DNA from: an uncultured Gammaproteobacteria bacterium
Lineage (GTDB): Bacteria; Pseudomonadota; Gammaproteobacteria; PS1; Pseudothioglobaceae
Direction: 5' to 3'
Length of the DNA: 64,000 nucleotides
NCBI GenBank assembly: GCA_902512035.1
Contig: CABXHG010000002.1
Coordinates: 7,152-71,151, forward strand
Shown: positions 52,762-63,155 of the stretch, one piece after another
Position numbering within the stretch: the first letter of the stretch is position 1
Layout: each line of letters opens with the position of its first letter
The notes under the pieces: generated by a model
Seen by the model: only the letters and a program-made list of their open reading frames with translations
The model's database searches: none
What the model was told of the DNA's origin: nothing
Position numbers and translations under genes: made by a program

Positions 52762-53604
52762 ATGAAAAAAATTATTTCATTATTTACATGTTTTTTTCTT
52801 GTTTTGGGTTTTGCACAAACTTCATCTGCAGAATCTGATACATTAAAAAGATTAAAAAAACAAGGATATGCAACAGTAGCTGTTGCTAATGAGCCGCCTT
52901 ACAGTGACATTAAATCTGATGGATATGTCACAGGTGCTGCGCCAGATGTTGCGCGAGCAGTTCTTAATGAACTTGGTGTAGGAGACTTAAAAGCTCAAGT
53001 TATTATGTATGGTGCAATGATTCCTGCTCTTCAAGCAAGGAGAGTAGATATGGCAACTTCAGGTCTATATATTAAACCTGGTAGATGTGAATCAATCATT
53101 TACTCAGAACCTGACTTATGCGGTGCTGAGGCTTTTGCTGTTCCAGCAGGAAACCCAAACAATCTGTTCACTTATGAAGATATTGCGGCTAACCCAAGCT
53201 TAAAGATGACTACTTGTGCTGGTTGTGCTGAAGAAAAGTACGCTTTAGAGCGTGGTGTAAGTGCTGATCAAATTGTTTATTTTGATGCGCCTCCAAGCGG
53301 TATTAAAATGTTACAACAAGGTAGAGTTGATGTATTTGCTCTATCAGGATTAGGTACAGCAGATCTACTTAATAAAACTAATGATCCAAACCTCGAATTG
53401 GTAATGCCTGTTACAGGTGTTCCAATGGGTTGCGCGGGTGCAGCATTTAATATGGATGATAAAGAGTTTAGGTCTGAATACAATAGAGCTTTAGCTAAAT
53501 TAAAAGCTACTGGAGAATTTGCTGCTATTATTGAGCCTTATGGTTTCTCCGCAGCAGCTACTGCTACTAAGTCCTACTTGACTCAATGTCCAGATGGAAA
53601 ATAA
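52762..53604 (+). CDS. ehuB: Ectoine/hydroxyectoine-type ABC substrate-binding protein
   Basis: Signal peptide; ANEPPY, GAAPDVARA, YGAMIPAL, KPGRC, GEFAAIIEPYGF collinear with EhuB. Confidence 0.85.
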   Translation: MKKIISLFTCFFLVLGFAQTSSAESDTLKRLKKQGYATVAVANEPPYSDIKSDGYVTGAAPDVARAVLNELGVGDLKAQVIMYGAMIPALQARRVDMATSGLYIKPGRCESIIYSEPDLCGAEAFAVPAGNPNNLFTYEDIAANPSLKMTTCAGCAEEKYALERGVSADQIVYFDAPPSGIKMLQQGRVDVFALSGLGTADLLNKTNDPNLELVMPVTGVPMGCAGAAFNMDDKEFRSEYNRALAKLKATGEFAAIIEPYGFSAAATATKSYLTQCPDGK

Positions 53605-53622
53605 ATTAATTTTATAATTTAA

Positions 53623-53649
53623 CTCCCTGTCTTATAGGGCGGTTTTTTT
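53623..53649 (+). terminator. Intrinsic terminator-like hairpin 1 after ehuB
   Basis: CCCTGT-CTT-ATAGGG stem followed by CGG and T7. Confidence 0.6.
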
Positions 53650-53673
53650 AAAATTTACTTTATTACTTATAAT

Positions 53674-53707
53674 CTGCCCTGTAATATCTACAGGGCAGGT
53701 TTTTTTT
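53674..53707 (+). terminator. Intrinsic terminator-like hairpin 2 after ehuB
   Basis: Perfect 10-bp stem CTGCCCTGTA-ATATC-TACAGGGCAG followed by G and T8. Confidence 0.8.
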
Positions 53708-53718
53708 AGAATTTTTAT

Positions 53719-54387
53719 ATGAATGAAGTCTTAAATTTCTACCCAATACTGATTGATGGAACGATCACAACCATACAGTTAACAGTAATGGGTGCAATTT
53801 TAGCTTTAATTATTTCATTTATAGTTGGACTCTCAAGACTGTCAACTTATAGAGCAGTCAGAGTAATTGCAATAATTTATTTAGAATTTTTTCGAGGCAG
53901 CTCAGCACTCGTTCAAATGTTTTTTATTTATTTTGTTTTACCAATGTGGGGGATCTATTTTGACGCCTTAACAGCTGGTGTAGTAGCCTGCGGCCTTAAC
54001 GTTGGCGCATATGGATCAGAAGTAGTCAGAGGAGCGGTACTTGCAGTTAGTAAAGAACAGCATGAGGCATCAAAAGCATTAAATTATTCAAGTTATAAAA
54101 AATATAGATACGTCATAATACCTCAAGCAATTCCAATTATGATTCCTACATTTGGCAACTTACTCATAGAGCTTCTTAAATTAACTGCAGTTGCATCCCT
54201 TATTACTATTTCAGATCTAACTTTCATGGCACAAATAATAAGGGTTCAAACCGCATTAACTCTAGAGCCATTCCTATTAATACTAATAATTTATTTTATT
54301 ATTGCTACGATCCTAGTAAATATAGTTGATCTAATTGCAAAAAAGTTTTCTAAAGGCAGAAATATTATGACTGCAGGAGAAAAATAA
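53719..54387 (+). CDS. ehuC: ABC permease EhuC
   Basis: YLEFFRGSSALVQMF, GAYGSEVVRGA; polar-amino-acid permease after ehuB. Confidence 0.88.
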   Translation: MNEVLNFYPILIDGTITTIQLTVMGAILALIISFIVGLSRLSTYRAVRVIAIIYLEFFRGSSALVQMFFIYFVLPMWGIYFDALTAGVVACGLNVGAYGSEVVRGAVLAVSKEQHEASKALNYSSYKKYRYVIIPQAIPIMIPTFGNLLIELLKLTAVASLITISDLTFMAQIIRVQTALTLEPFLLILIIYFIIATILVNIVDLIAKKFSKGRNIMTAGEK

Positions 54388-54389
54388 TT

Positions 54390-55052
54390 ATGAAGTGGAG
54401 TTGGGAAACTGCTTTCGAGGTTTTACCGCAGCTAGTTGAGGGTCTGTTAGTAACTATTCAAGCTACTATTGTCGCATCATTACTTGCCTACGTATTAGGC
54501 CTTGCAATAGCTATCCTCAAAATGTCTAAAAGAAAGTTAACTCGTGTTAGCTTATATTGGATTACTGAGTTTGTTAGAAGAACTCCAATCTTGGTCCAGC
54601 TATATGTGGTGTTTTATGTTTTGCCAGACTTTGGAATTTTCCTAGAAGCCTTCACATGTGGTGTTATAGTTCTAGGCATTCACTTTAGTACTTACACATC
54701 GGAAGTTTTTAGGGCAGGTATTGATAATGTACCTAAAGGCCAGTGGGAAGCTGCAAAATCACTAAACTATAATCCATTTCAAACTTGGAAAAACATTATT
54801 CTTCCTCAAGCAATACCTCCAATGATCCCACCACTTGCAAACTATTTAATTACCATGTTTAAAGAAACACCATTACTTGCTGCAATCACAGTAGTTGAAT
54901 TATTTAGGGCAGCTGATCAATACAGTAATAGCCACTATACTTATCTTGAGCCTATGACTTTGGTTGGGTTATTCTTTTTAATTGTATCAATTCCATCAGC
55001 AATGCTAGCAATGAAATTAGAAAAGAAATTTAAGCAAATAAAAACAGCATAA
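54390..55052 (+). CDS. ehuD: ABC permease EhuD
   Basis: WSWE start, RRTPILVQ, SEVFRAGI, GQWEAA, MFKETP. Confidence 0.88.
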   Translation: MKWSWETAFEVLPQLVEGLLVTIQATIVASLLAYVLGLAIAILKMSKRKLTRVSLYWITEFVRRTPILVQLYVVFYVLPDFGIFLEAFTCGVIVLGIHFSTYTSEVFRAGIDNVPKGQWEAAKSLNYNPFQTWKNIILPQAIPPMIPPLANYLITMFKETPLLAAITVVELFRAADQYSNSHYTYLEPMTLVGLFFLIVSIPSAMLAMKLEKKFKQIKTA

Positions 55053-55082
55053 AACTCTTGATTTAAATTTTATCGATTTAAT

Positions 55083-57428
55083 TTAGCTTTTTTCTTTCTC
55101 AAGTGCTATATCTAAAACCTGATCAATCCATTTCACTTTAATAATCTCAAGCTTGCTTTTGATTTTTTCAGGTACTTCAGAAAGTTCTCGCTCATTATCT
55201 TCAGGAATAATCACTGTTTTGATTCCTCCTCTCATAGCAGCAAGAAGTTTTTCTTTGAGTCCTCCAATAGGAGTAATTTCACCTCGAAGAGTGATCTCTC
55301 CGGTCATTGCAACAGCAGCCTTAACCTTGCGGCCAGTGAGAACTGAAACCAAAGCAGTACACATTGCAGCGCCAGCACTAGGCCCATCTTTTGGAGTTGA
55401 TCCGTCAGGGACATGAATATGAATATCAAGCTTTTCATGAAAATCATCAGGTATCCCTAAGTTCTCAGCTCGCAACCGAGTCACCGACATTGCAGCTTGA
55501 ATTGACTCCTTCATGACATCTCCAAGCTGTCCGGTGTAGTTTAGCTTGCCTTTTCCCTTATATGAAGATGCCTCAATAGTTAGCAGGTCTCCACCAACCG
55601 ATGTCCACGCTAACCCAGTAACCTCACCAATTTGATTATGCTCTTCAGCAAGTCCAAATCGAAACTTCTTCATACCTAAAAACTTTGGAAGGCTTTTTGA
55701 GTTAATAATTGCTTTAGTTTTGCGTTTTTTAAGAGTGACATCTTTTATGACTTTTCTGCAAATACTGCCAATCTCACGGTCAAGGTTTCTAACGCCCGCT
55801 TCTCTGGTGTAGTAGCGAATAATATCCATGATAGCTGAATCTTTAAAGACTATTTCTGAGTTCTTAATCCCGTTATTTTTCATTTGCTTCGAGATTAAGT
55901 GTCTTTTAGCAATCTGAAGTTTCTCATCTTCGGTATAACCCGATAAATGAATGATTTCCATCCTGTCAACCAATGCTTGTGGGAGATTTAATGAATTAGC
56001 TGTTGCAACAAACATTACTTGAGATAAATCATAGTCAACCTCTAAGTAGTGGTCATTGAATGTGTGATTTTGTTCTGGATCCAAAACTTCTAGCATTGCA
56101 GAGCTTGGGTCACCTCTATAATCTGAAGCCATTTTGTCTATTTCATCTAGCAAGAATAGTGGATTCTTTACTTTAACCTTTTGCATTTTTTGAACTATAG
56201 AGCCTGGCATCGCACCAATGTAGGTTCTTCTATGTCCTCGTATTTCTGCTTCATCTCTGATACCACCAAGCGCCATACGAACATATTTACGATTAACCGA
56301 TTTTGCAATTGATTCTCCAAGAGAGGTTTTACCCACTCCAGGGGGGCCAACCAAACATAATATATTTGCCTTGTTATGTGTAACGCGACTCTGGACAGCG
56401 AGATGCTCCATGATTCTCTCTTTAACCTTGTCTAAACCATAATGATCTTCATCTAGGGTTTTTTGTGCCTTTGTCAAATCTTTATTGGTTTTAGTTTTTT
56501 TGCTCCAAGGGACAGAACATAAATTTTCAATATAGGTTCTAATAATTGATGCATCAGATGACTGAGAGGACATTCTTTGAAGTTTATTCAACTCACTTTG
56601 TGCCTTGTTCTTTGCTTCCTTTGGCATCTTTGCCTTATTGATGCTATTTTGCAGTTCTTCAATTTCATTTTCATCATCAAGAGTTCCAAGCTCTTTCTGA
56701 ATGGATTTCATTTGCTCATTCAAATAATAATCCCTTTGATTGGACTCCATTTGCTTACGAACTCTATTTTGAATTTTTTGTTCAGCACCTAATACATCTA
56801 ACTCACCCTCAAGGATAGAAAGAATAGCCTCTAGCCTGTCTTTTGCCATTCCACTCTCAAGAAGGCTCTGTTTTTCTTCAACCTTTAGACTTAAATTTGC
56901 AATGATTACGTCACTAAAGCGCTCAATGTCAGTAATCTCTTTGAGGACCTTATAAACTTCTTCAGGAATTTTTTTACTCAGCTTAATATATTTTTCAAAA
57001 TTTTCTAGAGCAAGTCGCATCATTGCTTTAATTTCTGTATCGTCATCAAAGCTCAAAGTGCAATCACTCAGGACAACCTCTGTATGCTCACCTAAATCGA
57101 TAAACTCCTCTATTTTTGCTCTTTTTACACCCTCAACTAAAACTTTGATTGTTCCATCGGGTAGCTTGAGAAGCTGAAGTATTGTTGCTAAAGTGCCAAC
57201 CTTATGGAGCTCATCATTACTCGGTTCCTCTATAGTTTCATCCTTTTGTGCAGCCAAAAAGACATTTTTATCAGCCTCCATGGCAAGTGTGATTGCCTTT
57301 ATTGAAGACTTTCTCCCTATAAATAAGGGGATAACGGTATGAGGAAAAACTACCACGTCTCTAAGTGGTAAAAGAGGTATTGACTGTTTATCTATGCCAG
57401 TTGACTCTGTTGAGGTTTCTGCTTCCAT
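55083..57428 (-). CDS. lon: ATP-dependent protease La
   Basis: LPLRDVVVFP, GPPGVGKTS, KDGPSAG, IGGLKEK. Confidence 0.98.
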   Translation of the reverse strand: MEAETSTESTGIDKQSIPLLPLRDVVVFPHTVIPLFIGRKSSIKAITLAMEADKNVFLAAQKDETIEEPSNDELHKVGTLATILQLLKLPDGTIKVLVEGVKRAKIEEFIDLGEHTEVVLSDCTLSFDDDTEIKAMMRLALENFEKYIKLSKKIPEEVYKVLKEITDIERFSDVIIANLSLKVEEKQSLLESGMAKDRLEAILSILEGELDVLGAEQKIQNRVRKQMESNQRDYYLNEQMKSIQKELGTLDDENEIEELQNSINKAKMPKEAKNKAQSELNKLQRMSSQSSDASIIRTYIENLCSVPWSKKTKTNKDLTKAQKTLDEDHYGLDKVKERIMEHLAVQSRVTHNKANILCLVGPPGVGKTSLGESIAKSVNRKYVRMALGGIRDEAEIRGHRRTYIGAMPGSIVQKMQKVKVKNPLFLLDEIDKMASDYRGDPSSAMLEVLDPEQNHTFNDHYLEVDYDLSQVMFVATANSLNLPQALVDRMEIIHLSGYTEDEKLQIAKRHLISKQMKNNGIKNSEIVFKDSAIMDIIRYYTREAGVRNLDREIGSICRKVIKDVTLKKRKTKAIINSKSLPKFLGMKKFRFGLAEEHNQIGEVTGLAWTSVGGDLLTIEASSYKGKGKLNYTGQLGDVMKESIQAAMSVTRLRAENLGIPDDFHEKLDIHIHVPDGSTPKDGPSAGAAMCTALVSVLTGRKVKAAVAMTGEITLRGEITPIGGLKEKLLAAMRGGIKTVIIPEDNERELSEVPEKIKSKLEIIKVKWIDQVLDIALEKEKS

Positions 57429-58723
57429 AATAATGAAACACCTTGCTTATCTAATAATCTTTCTAGATAGTGACTAGTAACGTTAATTTCAAGTAGCCAT
57501 TGCCCAAATTCATTCATTATTTCTTTTTGAATAAATCCAACTTTATGAATTTCACTTCTAATGTAAGCCGACTGAACATCAAGCTTAATACTAGCAAAGG
57601 TCATCATCCCACTGAGACTTTCAGAAAGTGCTTCATAGAGTAGCTCGATGCCATCGCTAGTATGCGCAGAAAGCCAAACGCGATAAATCTTTCCCTCATG
57701 ATCCTTATCAATTCTTGGTTTAAAGTCATCTATCCCATCAATCTTATTCATGACTATAATTGTTGGAATTTCTTGAGCATCAATTTGTTCAATAATTTCT
57801 TCAACTTGCTCAATTTTATCCCTATTATTTGGGTCAGAAGCATCGACAACATGAAGCAGCACATTTGCTTGTCGTGTTTCCTCCAATGTTGATTTAAAAG
57901 CCTCGATTAATTCATGAGGTAAATCTTGTATAAAGCCTACTGTATCAGCAATTACAGCCTCCCCAGATGCTGGCAACATGACTCTACGAATAGTAGAATC
58001 TAGAGTCGCAAATAGCTTATCATCGGCGTAGACTTGTGACTGAGTTAATAAGTTAAAAAGAGTAGACTTGCCAGCGTTTGTATAACCTGCAAGAGAGATC
58101 ATAGGAAGCTGATTTTTTACCCTAGATTTACGTCCTAAATCATGCTGCTTATGAACTTTTGAAAGACGCTTGTTAATATTTTTAATTCTTAATGAAATTA
58201 ACCTTTTATCAGTTTCAAGCTGCGTTTCACCTGGCCCTCTAAGTCCGATACCTCCTTTTTGTCTCTCTAAGTGAGTCCAACCTCTAACCAGCCTCGTAGA
58301 AAGGTGCTTCAATTGAGCTAGCTCAACCTGAAGCTTCCCCTCAAAAGAACTAGCTCTTAATGCAAATATATCCAATATCAGGCCAGTTCTATCCATAACT
58401 TGGCACTTAAATGCTTTTTCTAAGTTGCGCTCTTGAGATGGTGACAACTGTAATGAAAAAATAACAAGCTCTATATCGTTCTCTTTAACCAGCGATGCAA
58501 GCTCATCAACCTTGCCTGTCCCAATAAAATACTGTGCTTTAGTAAAACTTCTTTTTACCGTTATTGTTTGTAAAATATTTAGCCCAGAAGACTCTGCAAG
58601 TAGTTTAAATTCATCAATATTGGCTGGTGACTGATTGCTTGAAGTAAGCTCAACATGCACAAGAATTGTTCGCTCACCTTGGCCAACGGCATCCTTTTGG
58701 CGATCAAACAACTCCATAGGCAT
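57392..58723 (-). CDS. hflX: Ribosome-splitting GTPase HflX
   Basis: RGPGETQLETD, GYTNAGKST, LFATLD, DTVGF, NKID. Confidence 0.97.
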   Translation of the reverse strand: MPMELFDRQKDAVGQGERTILVHVELTSSNQSPANIDEFKLLAESSGLNILQTITVKRSFTKAQYFIGTGKVDELASLVKENDIELVIFSLQLSPSQERNLEKAFKCQVMDRTGLILDIFALRASSFEGKLQVELAQLKHLSTRLVRGWTHLERQKGGIGLRGPGETQLETDKRLISLRIKNINKRLSKVHKQHDLGRKSRVKNQLPMISLAGYTNAGKSTLFNLLTQSQVYADDKLFATLDSTIRRVMLPASGEAVIADTVGFIQDLPHELIEAFKSTLEETRQANVLLHVVDASDPNNRDKIEQVEEIIEQIDAQEIPTIIVMNKIDGIDDFKPRIDKDHEGKIYRVWLSAHTSDGIELLYEALSESLSGMMTFASIKLDVQSAYIRSEIHKVGFIQKEIMNEFGQWLLEINVTSHYLERLLDKQGVSLLWKQKPQQSQLA

Positions 58724-58756
58724 ACTTAAATTTTTATCATAAATTCGCTAAAATCA

Positions 58757-60022
58757 TCAACTTGCTTTACGAATATTATCTTTCTTGCTATCCGACTCAT
58801 GAAGAATCACTGGCTGTTTTAACCCTTCTACAACTGCTTTATCAACAACAACCTCCTTCGTAGTTGGGTTAGATGGTATTTGATACATTGTTTCTAGCAG
58901 TAGATCTTCCATGATTGCTCTTAGGCCTCTAGCGCCTGTCTTTCTCTTAAGGGCCAATTTGGCAATTGCAACAAGAGCATTTTTTCTAATTGTTAGCTTT
59001 ACGCCTTCAATTGCGAAAAACTCCTGGAACTGCTTAACTACAGAATTTTTTGGCTTTGTAAGGATTTGTATCAAAGCCTCTTCATCTAGCTCATCTAGTG
59101 AAGTATGAACAGCTAAACGACCAACTAATTCCGGAATAAGCCCAAATTTAATTAAATCATCTGGCTCTAAAAATTTGTATAGTTCTGTCAAAGTCTTCTT
59201 TTTGCTCTCATCTTTTACATTTGCAGAAAAGCCTATCCCGGTAGTTTTTTCGACACGCCTATCTATAACCTTTCCAAGTCCGTCAAACGCGCCACCGCAA
59301 ATAAATAATATTTTAGAAGTGTCTACATCGATGGTTTCCTGATTCGGGTGTTTTCTACCACCTTGAGGTGGAACAGAGGCAATTGTTCCTTCAATTAATT
59401 TGAGCATTGCCTGTTGAACGCCCTCTCCAGATACATCTCTTGTAATCGATGGAGAGTCTGAACGGCGAGAGATTTTGTCAATTTCATCAATAAAAATGAT
59501 GCCTTGTTCAGCTCTTTCTGGATCAAAATCACATTTAGAAAGCAAGCTCTTTATAACATTTTCTACATCATCACCAACATATCCAGCCTCAGTTAGAGTT
59601 GTAGCATCTGCTACAGCAAAAGGAACATCTAAGAATCTTGCTAGAGATTGCGCCAGGAGGGTTTTTCCACTTCCTGTAGGGCCAATCAGGAGAATATTTG
59701 ACTTATCAAGTTCTACATCATTCGACACATAGTTAGATTTAAGTCTTTTATAGTGGTTATAGACTGCAACAGATAGAACTTTTTTTGCATGCGACTGACC
59801 AATTACATACTCATTGAGTGAGTTAAACAAATCTTTTGGCGTATAGTTCCAATCTTGATGTTGATCTTTTTTGTCTTTAACTGTTTGCTCTTGAATTAGG
59901 TTGTAACAGGAATCAATACATTCATCACATATATAAACGCCGGGCCCAGCTATAAGACGAGTAACCTCGTCCTTATTTTTAGAACAAAATGAACAACTAA
60001 GATCTTCAGTATTTTGATCCAT
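58757..60022 (-). CDS. clpX: Clp protease ATP-binding subunit ClpX
   Basis: CSFC...CDEC zinc finger, [14 protein letters not shown] loop. Confidence 0.98.
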   Translation of the reverse strand: MDQNTEDLSCSFCSKNKDEVTRLIAGPGVYICDECIDSCYNLIQEQTVKDKKDQHQDWNYTPKDLFNSLNEYVIGQSHAKKVLSVAVYNHYKRLKSNYVSNDVELDKSNILLIGPTGSGKTLLAQSLARFLDVPFAVADATTLTEAGYVGDDVENVIKSLLSKCDFDPERAEQGIIFIDEIDKISRRSDSPSITRDVSGEGVQQAMLKLIEGTIASVPPQGGRKHPNQETIDVDTSKILFICGGAFDGLGKVIDRRVEKTTGIGFSANVKDESKKKTLTELYKFLEPDDLIKFGLIPELVGRLAVHTSLDELDEEALIQILTKPKNSVVKQFQEFFAIEGVKLTIRKNALVAIAKLALKRKTGARGLRAIMEDLLLETMYQIPSNPTTKEVVVDKAVVEGLKQPVILHESDSKKDNIRKAS

Positions 60023-60036
60023 TAGTAAGCTTTGAA

Positions 60037-60633
60037 TTAACGTTTATTAATGACTTTATCAATAAGTCCATATTTTGCAGATTCAGTTGCAGACATAAAA
60101 TTATCTCGGTCAGTGTCTTTTTGAATATTCTTTAGACTTTGACCAGTGTGCTCTTTTAGAATTGAATTTAGATTATCTCTCACCTTCAAAATTTCTTGAG
60201 CATGAATGTCGATATCACTAGCCTGACCGGAGAACCCTCCTAATGGTTGATGTATCATGCACCTTGCATGAGGAAGTGCAAACCTTTTACCCTTGGTTCC
60301 AGCAGTTAGAAGGAGGGCGCCCATACTAGCTGCCTGACCAATACATAGGGTAGAAATATCAGGCTTGATAAATTGCATCGTATCATAGATAGCCAAACCA
60401 GCGGTGACAGAACCACCTGGAGAATTAATATATAAATGGATATCCTTATCTGGGTTTTCAGATTCCAAAAAGAGTAGCTGTGCTACAACAACATTCGCAG
60501 TGTAGTCCTCAACTGGCCCAACTAAAAAAACTACGCGCTCTTTTAAAAGCCTTGAATAGATATCATAAGCCCTTTCACTCCTGCCCGAGCTCTCGATTAC
60601 CATTGGAATTTGATTTAAGTTTTGAATTGTCAT
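60037..60633 (-). CDS. clpP: Clp protease proteolytic subunit
   Basis: [24 protein letters not shown]. Confidence 0.98.
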   Translation of the reverse strand: MTIQNLNQIPMVIESSGRSERAYDIYSRLLKERVVFLVGPVEDYTANVVVAQLLFLESENPDKDIHLYINSPGGSVTAGLAIYDTMQFIKPDISTLCIGQAASMGALLLTAGTKGKRFALPHARCMIHQPLGGFSGQASDIDIHAQEILKVRDNLNSILKEHTGQSLKNIQKDTDRDNFMSATESAKYGLIDKVINKR

Positions 60634-60634
60634 A

Positions 60635-61933
60635 TTAATTTTGCGTATTCATTATTTCTAAAAAAGTTTTATCAGTAGAGGTTACTTTGGCCTTTTCTGC
60701 AATATGCTTAGCAACTAAATCTTCGACAACAATTGATTCAATGTTAGCCAATCTTGAAGGATCAGTATTGTACCAATCAATCATTTGTTGAGCGCTCTCA
60801 CCATATTGAAGAGACATTTCATTAAGTTTAGCATCAACTAGGTCTTTTTCTGCTGTTATTTCGGAATCAGTTGCAATTTTATTAATCAGCAGGCCAAGCT
60901 TAACTCTTCTTGCAGCCTCCTCATTAAACATTTCAGCAGGCAGCTTACCCTTCGAAGGCATTCCTTGCTGTTCCATACGTGACTCCATATCTTGCTGCAG
61001 TCTCAGTGCTTCTGAAGAAACGCTTCCCTCAGGGACATCAAATTCATTCGCCTCTAAAAGAGCTGAAAATGCAGTATCTTTATTTTGTTGAACTAAGCGC
61101 GAATCTAGCTCAAGTTTCATTTGACTAGACATTCTAGACTTCATACTTTCAAAATCTTGTTCACCAAACTTCTTAGCAAACTCATCATCTCTTTTAAGCT
61201 CGATTGGGGAGCCAACCTCGTTAATCTTAACTTTAAATTGAGCCTCTCTTCCAGCTAAATTTTCTACATGGTAATCTTCAGGAAAAGTTGCATTCACTTC
61301 AACAGTTTTACCTGGTACAACATCAATCAAACCTTTCTCAAAGCCTTCTATCATCGCGCCTCTACCCAAGATAATTTCAAAACCTTCGGCGGCACCGCCC
61401 TCAAAAGATTCGCCATCCATTAAACCTTCAAAGTCAATGATTAAGCGATCACCATCCTTTGATTTACGCTTAACGCTTTTGTATTCAGTTGACCTGGCTT
61501 GAAGATCTTGCAATGCTCTCTCTTCGTCCTCTTCAGTAACCTTAGAGGCAACCTGATCAATTTTTAGACTGGATAAAGAATTTAACTTAATCTCAGGATA
61601 GACTTCAAATTCCAAAGTGTAAATTAAATTCTGAGAGTTTTCAGTATCTATGTTGGTTAATGAGGGCTGGGCAGCTGGGGATACATCTGCATCCTTTAAT
61701 GCGTCTTCCAAGGTCTCACTAACCATCTCTGTTGCGGCATCTGATTTAGCGCTTGCACCAAATCTTTGACGTAATATGTTAGCAGGGACTTTTCCTTTTC
61801 TGAAGCCATCAACACGAACCTTAGCACCAAGGCTCTGAATTATTTTTTCTGTTTTTTGATTGAAAGTGTCAACTGGCAATTCAACCGTAAGAGATCTCTT
61901 TAGTCCCTCTAGTGTAGTAAGTGATGTCTTCAT
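60635..61933 (-). CDS. tig: Trigger factor
   Basis: GFRKGKVP ribosome-binding motif, FKBP domain (FEGG, FPEDYH). Confidence 0.97.
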   Translation of the reverse strand: MKTSLTTLEGLKRSLTVELPVDTFNQKTEKIIQSLGAKVRVDGFRKGKVPANILRQRFGASAKSDAATEMVSETLEDALKDADVSPAAQPSLTNIDTENSQNLIYTLEFEVYPEIKLNSLSSLKIDQVASKVTEEDEERALQDLQARSTEYKSVKRKSKDGDRLIIDFEGLMDGESFEGGAAEGFEIILGRGAMIEGFEKGLIDVVPGKTVEVNATFPEDYHVENLAGREAQFKVKINEVGSPIELKRDDEFAKKFGEQDFESMKSRMSSQMKLELDSRLVQQNKDTAFSALLEANEFDVPEGSVSSEALRLQQDMESRMEQQGMPSKGKLPAEMFNEEAARRVKLGLLINKIATDSEITAEKDLVDAKLNEMSLQYGESAQQMIDWYNTDPSRLANIESIVVEDLVAKHIAEKAKVTSTDKTFLEIMNTQN

Positions 61934-62037
61934 CTATTTCTAAATCCGTAACTTATTAAAAAAAAGGGAAATTATACAGTATTTTAAAGCCTAAGAAAAA
62001 GTGCACTTTGATCACAATAATGAGTTGAAAGAGTGAT

Positions 62038-63147
62038 TTAAAAGCGAGAACCGGTATAGCTTACTTGGTGTTTAGCCAAAGATAACCATTCCTTGTTTAT
62101 TTCAATTCCCCAGCCAGGCTTTTGAGGCATCTCTAGGCTTCCGTTAACAATCTTAAAGTCTGGAGTGAAAATATTGTATTGCCAAGGGTAGTAGTCGAGA
62201 CCCTCAATGGAAAACTCTAAATACTTACCTGAATTATTGATTGATCCCATTAAATGAGCAGAAAAAAGTGTCACTAATGATAGGTTAGCTGCATGAAGCG
62301 TTACAGGAATATTAAATTTTTCAGCCATTCTAGCAACCTCAAGCGTCCTAGTAATACCACCCAGGTAACAAATGTCTGGCTGAATAATATCGACAACCTT
62401 AGTCTCAATCATATGCCTCCAAACCCTCATATCATTGTCCTGCTCTCCGCCACTTACATCAATCTCTAGTGCGTCTGTAACCTCGCGTGTCCAGTCTGGC
62501 TGCCAATATGGGCAAGGCTCTTCAAAATGACTCACTCCATAATCCTGAAGCATATGTCCGACTTCGATTGCCTTTTTTGGGGTGTAAGCACTATTCGCAT
62601 CAACCAGTAGAGAGACTTCATCGCCTAATACCTTTCTAACCTCTTTGATAATTGATTCGGTTCGACCGGGCCACTGATCGATATCGTGACCGCACTCTCT
62701 TCCAATCCTGAATTTGAATGCAAAATAACCATCCTTTTCTTTTAACTGCAGTAGTCTCTCAGCTTCAGCCTTAGGAGAAATCTCGCGTTGCATACTTGAA
62801 GCGTAGACAGGGATTGAGCTTGGATTCCCACCAAGAAGCTGACAGACACTTTGATTAGCTCTTTTGGCTTTAATGTCCCATAGTGCTGTATCAACCCCAC
62901 ATAAGGCCCTGTAAAGATAAGTCCCCGGAAACTTGTGCTCTCTTTCTAAGACCTCTCTGTTGACTTCAGTAATATCAAGTCCACTCATTCCCAAAACATG
63001 GGGCGCAATCTGAAGATGGAGGACTTGTGCAGTTATTTCACTATTGTAAGTAGAAGTTTGACCCCAGCCTTCATCTCCCTCATCGGTTCTAAGACGTACA
63101 AGTCCGACATACTCATTAGTGAAAGTTTCAACGCTAATTATCTTCAT
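62038..63147 (-). CDS. Enolase superfamily, mandelate racemase subgroup enzyme of unknown substrate
   Basis: DTALWD, KFR, metal ligands VDAN/EEP/GGEQ, QPD...LHAAN. Confidence 0.88.
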   Translation of the reverse strand: MKIISVETFTNEYVGLVRLRTDEGDEGWGQTSTYNSEITAQVLHLQIAPHVLGMSGLDITEVNREVLEREHKFPGTYLYRALCGVDTALWDIKAKRANQSVCQLLGGNPSSIPVYASSMQREISPKAEAERLLQLKEKDGYFAFKFRIGRECGHDIDQWPGRTESIIKEVRKVLGDEVSLLVDANSAYTPKKAIEVGHMLQDYGVSHFEEPCPYWQPDWTREVTDALEIDVSGGEQDNDMRVWRHMIETKVVDIIQPDICYLGGITRTLEVARMAEKFNIPVTLHAANLSLVTLFSAHLMGSINNSGKYLEFSIEGLDYYPWQYNIFTPDFKIVNGSLEMPQKPGWGIEINKEWLSLAKHQVSYTGSRF

Positions 63148-63155
63148 AATTGAAT

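Noticed and set aside
49474-55082. Mobile genomic island interpretation of the molybdoenzyme-ehu block
   Set aside because: No integrase, transposase, tRNA or flanking direct repeats seen; only an impression of composition that I could not quantify
61998-62009. Perfect 12-bp palindrome AAAGTGCACTTT upstream of tig; also checked here and upstream of nuoA for a tRNA-Leu
   Set aside because: Single occurrence with no loop or assignable regulator; no cloverleaf or T-loop motif in either gap
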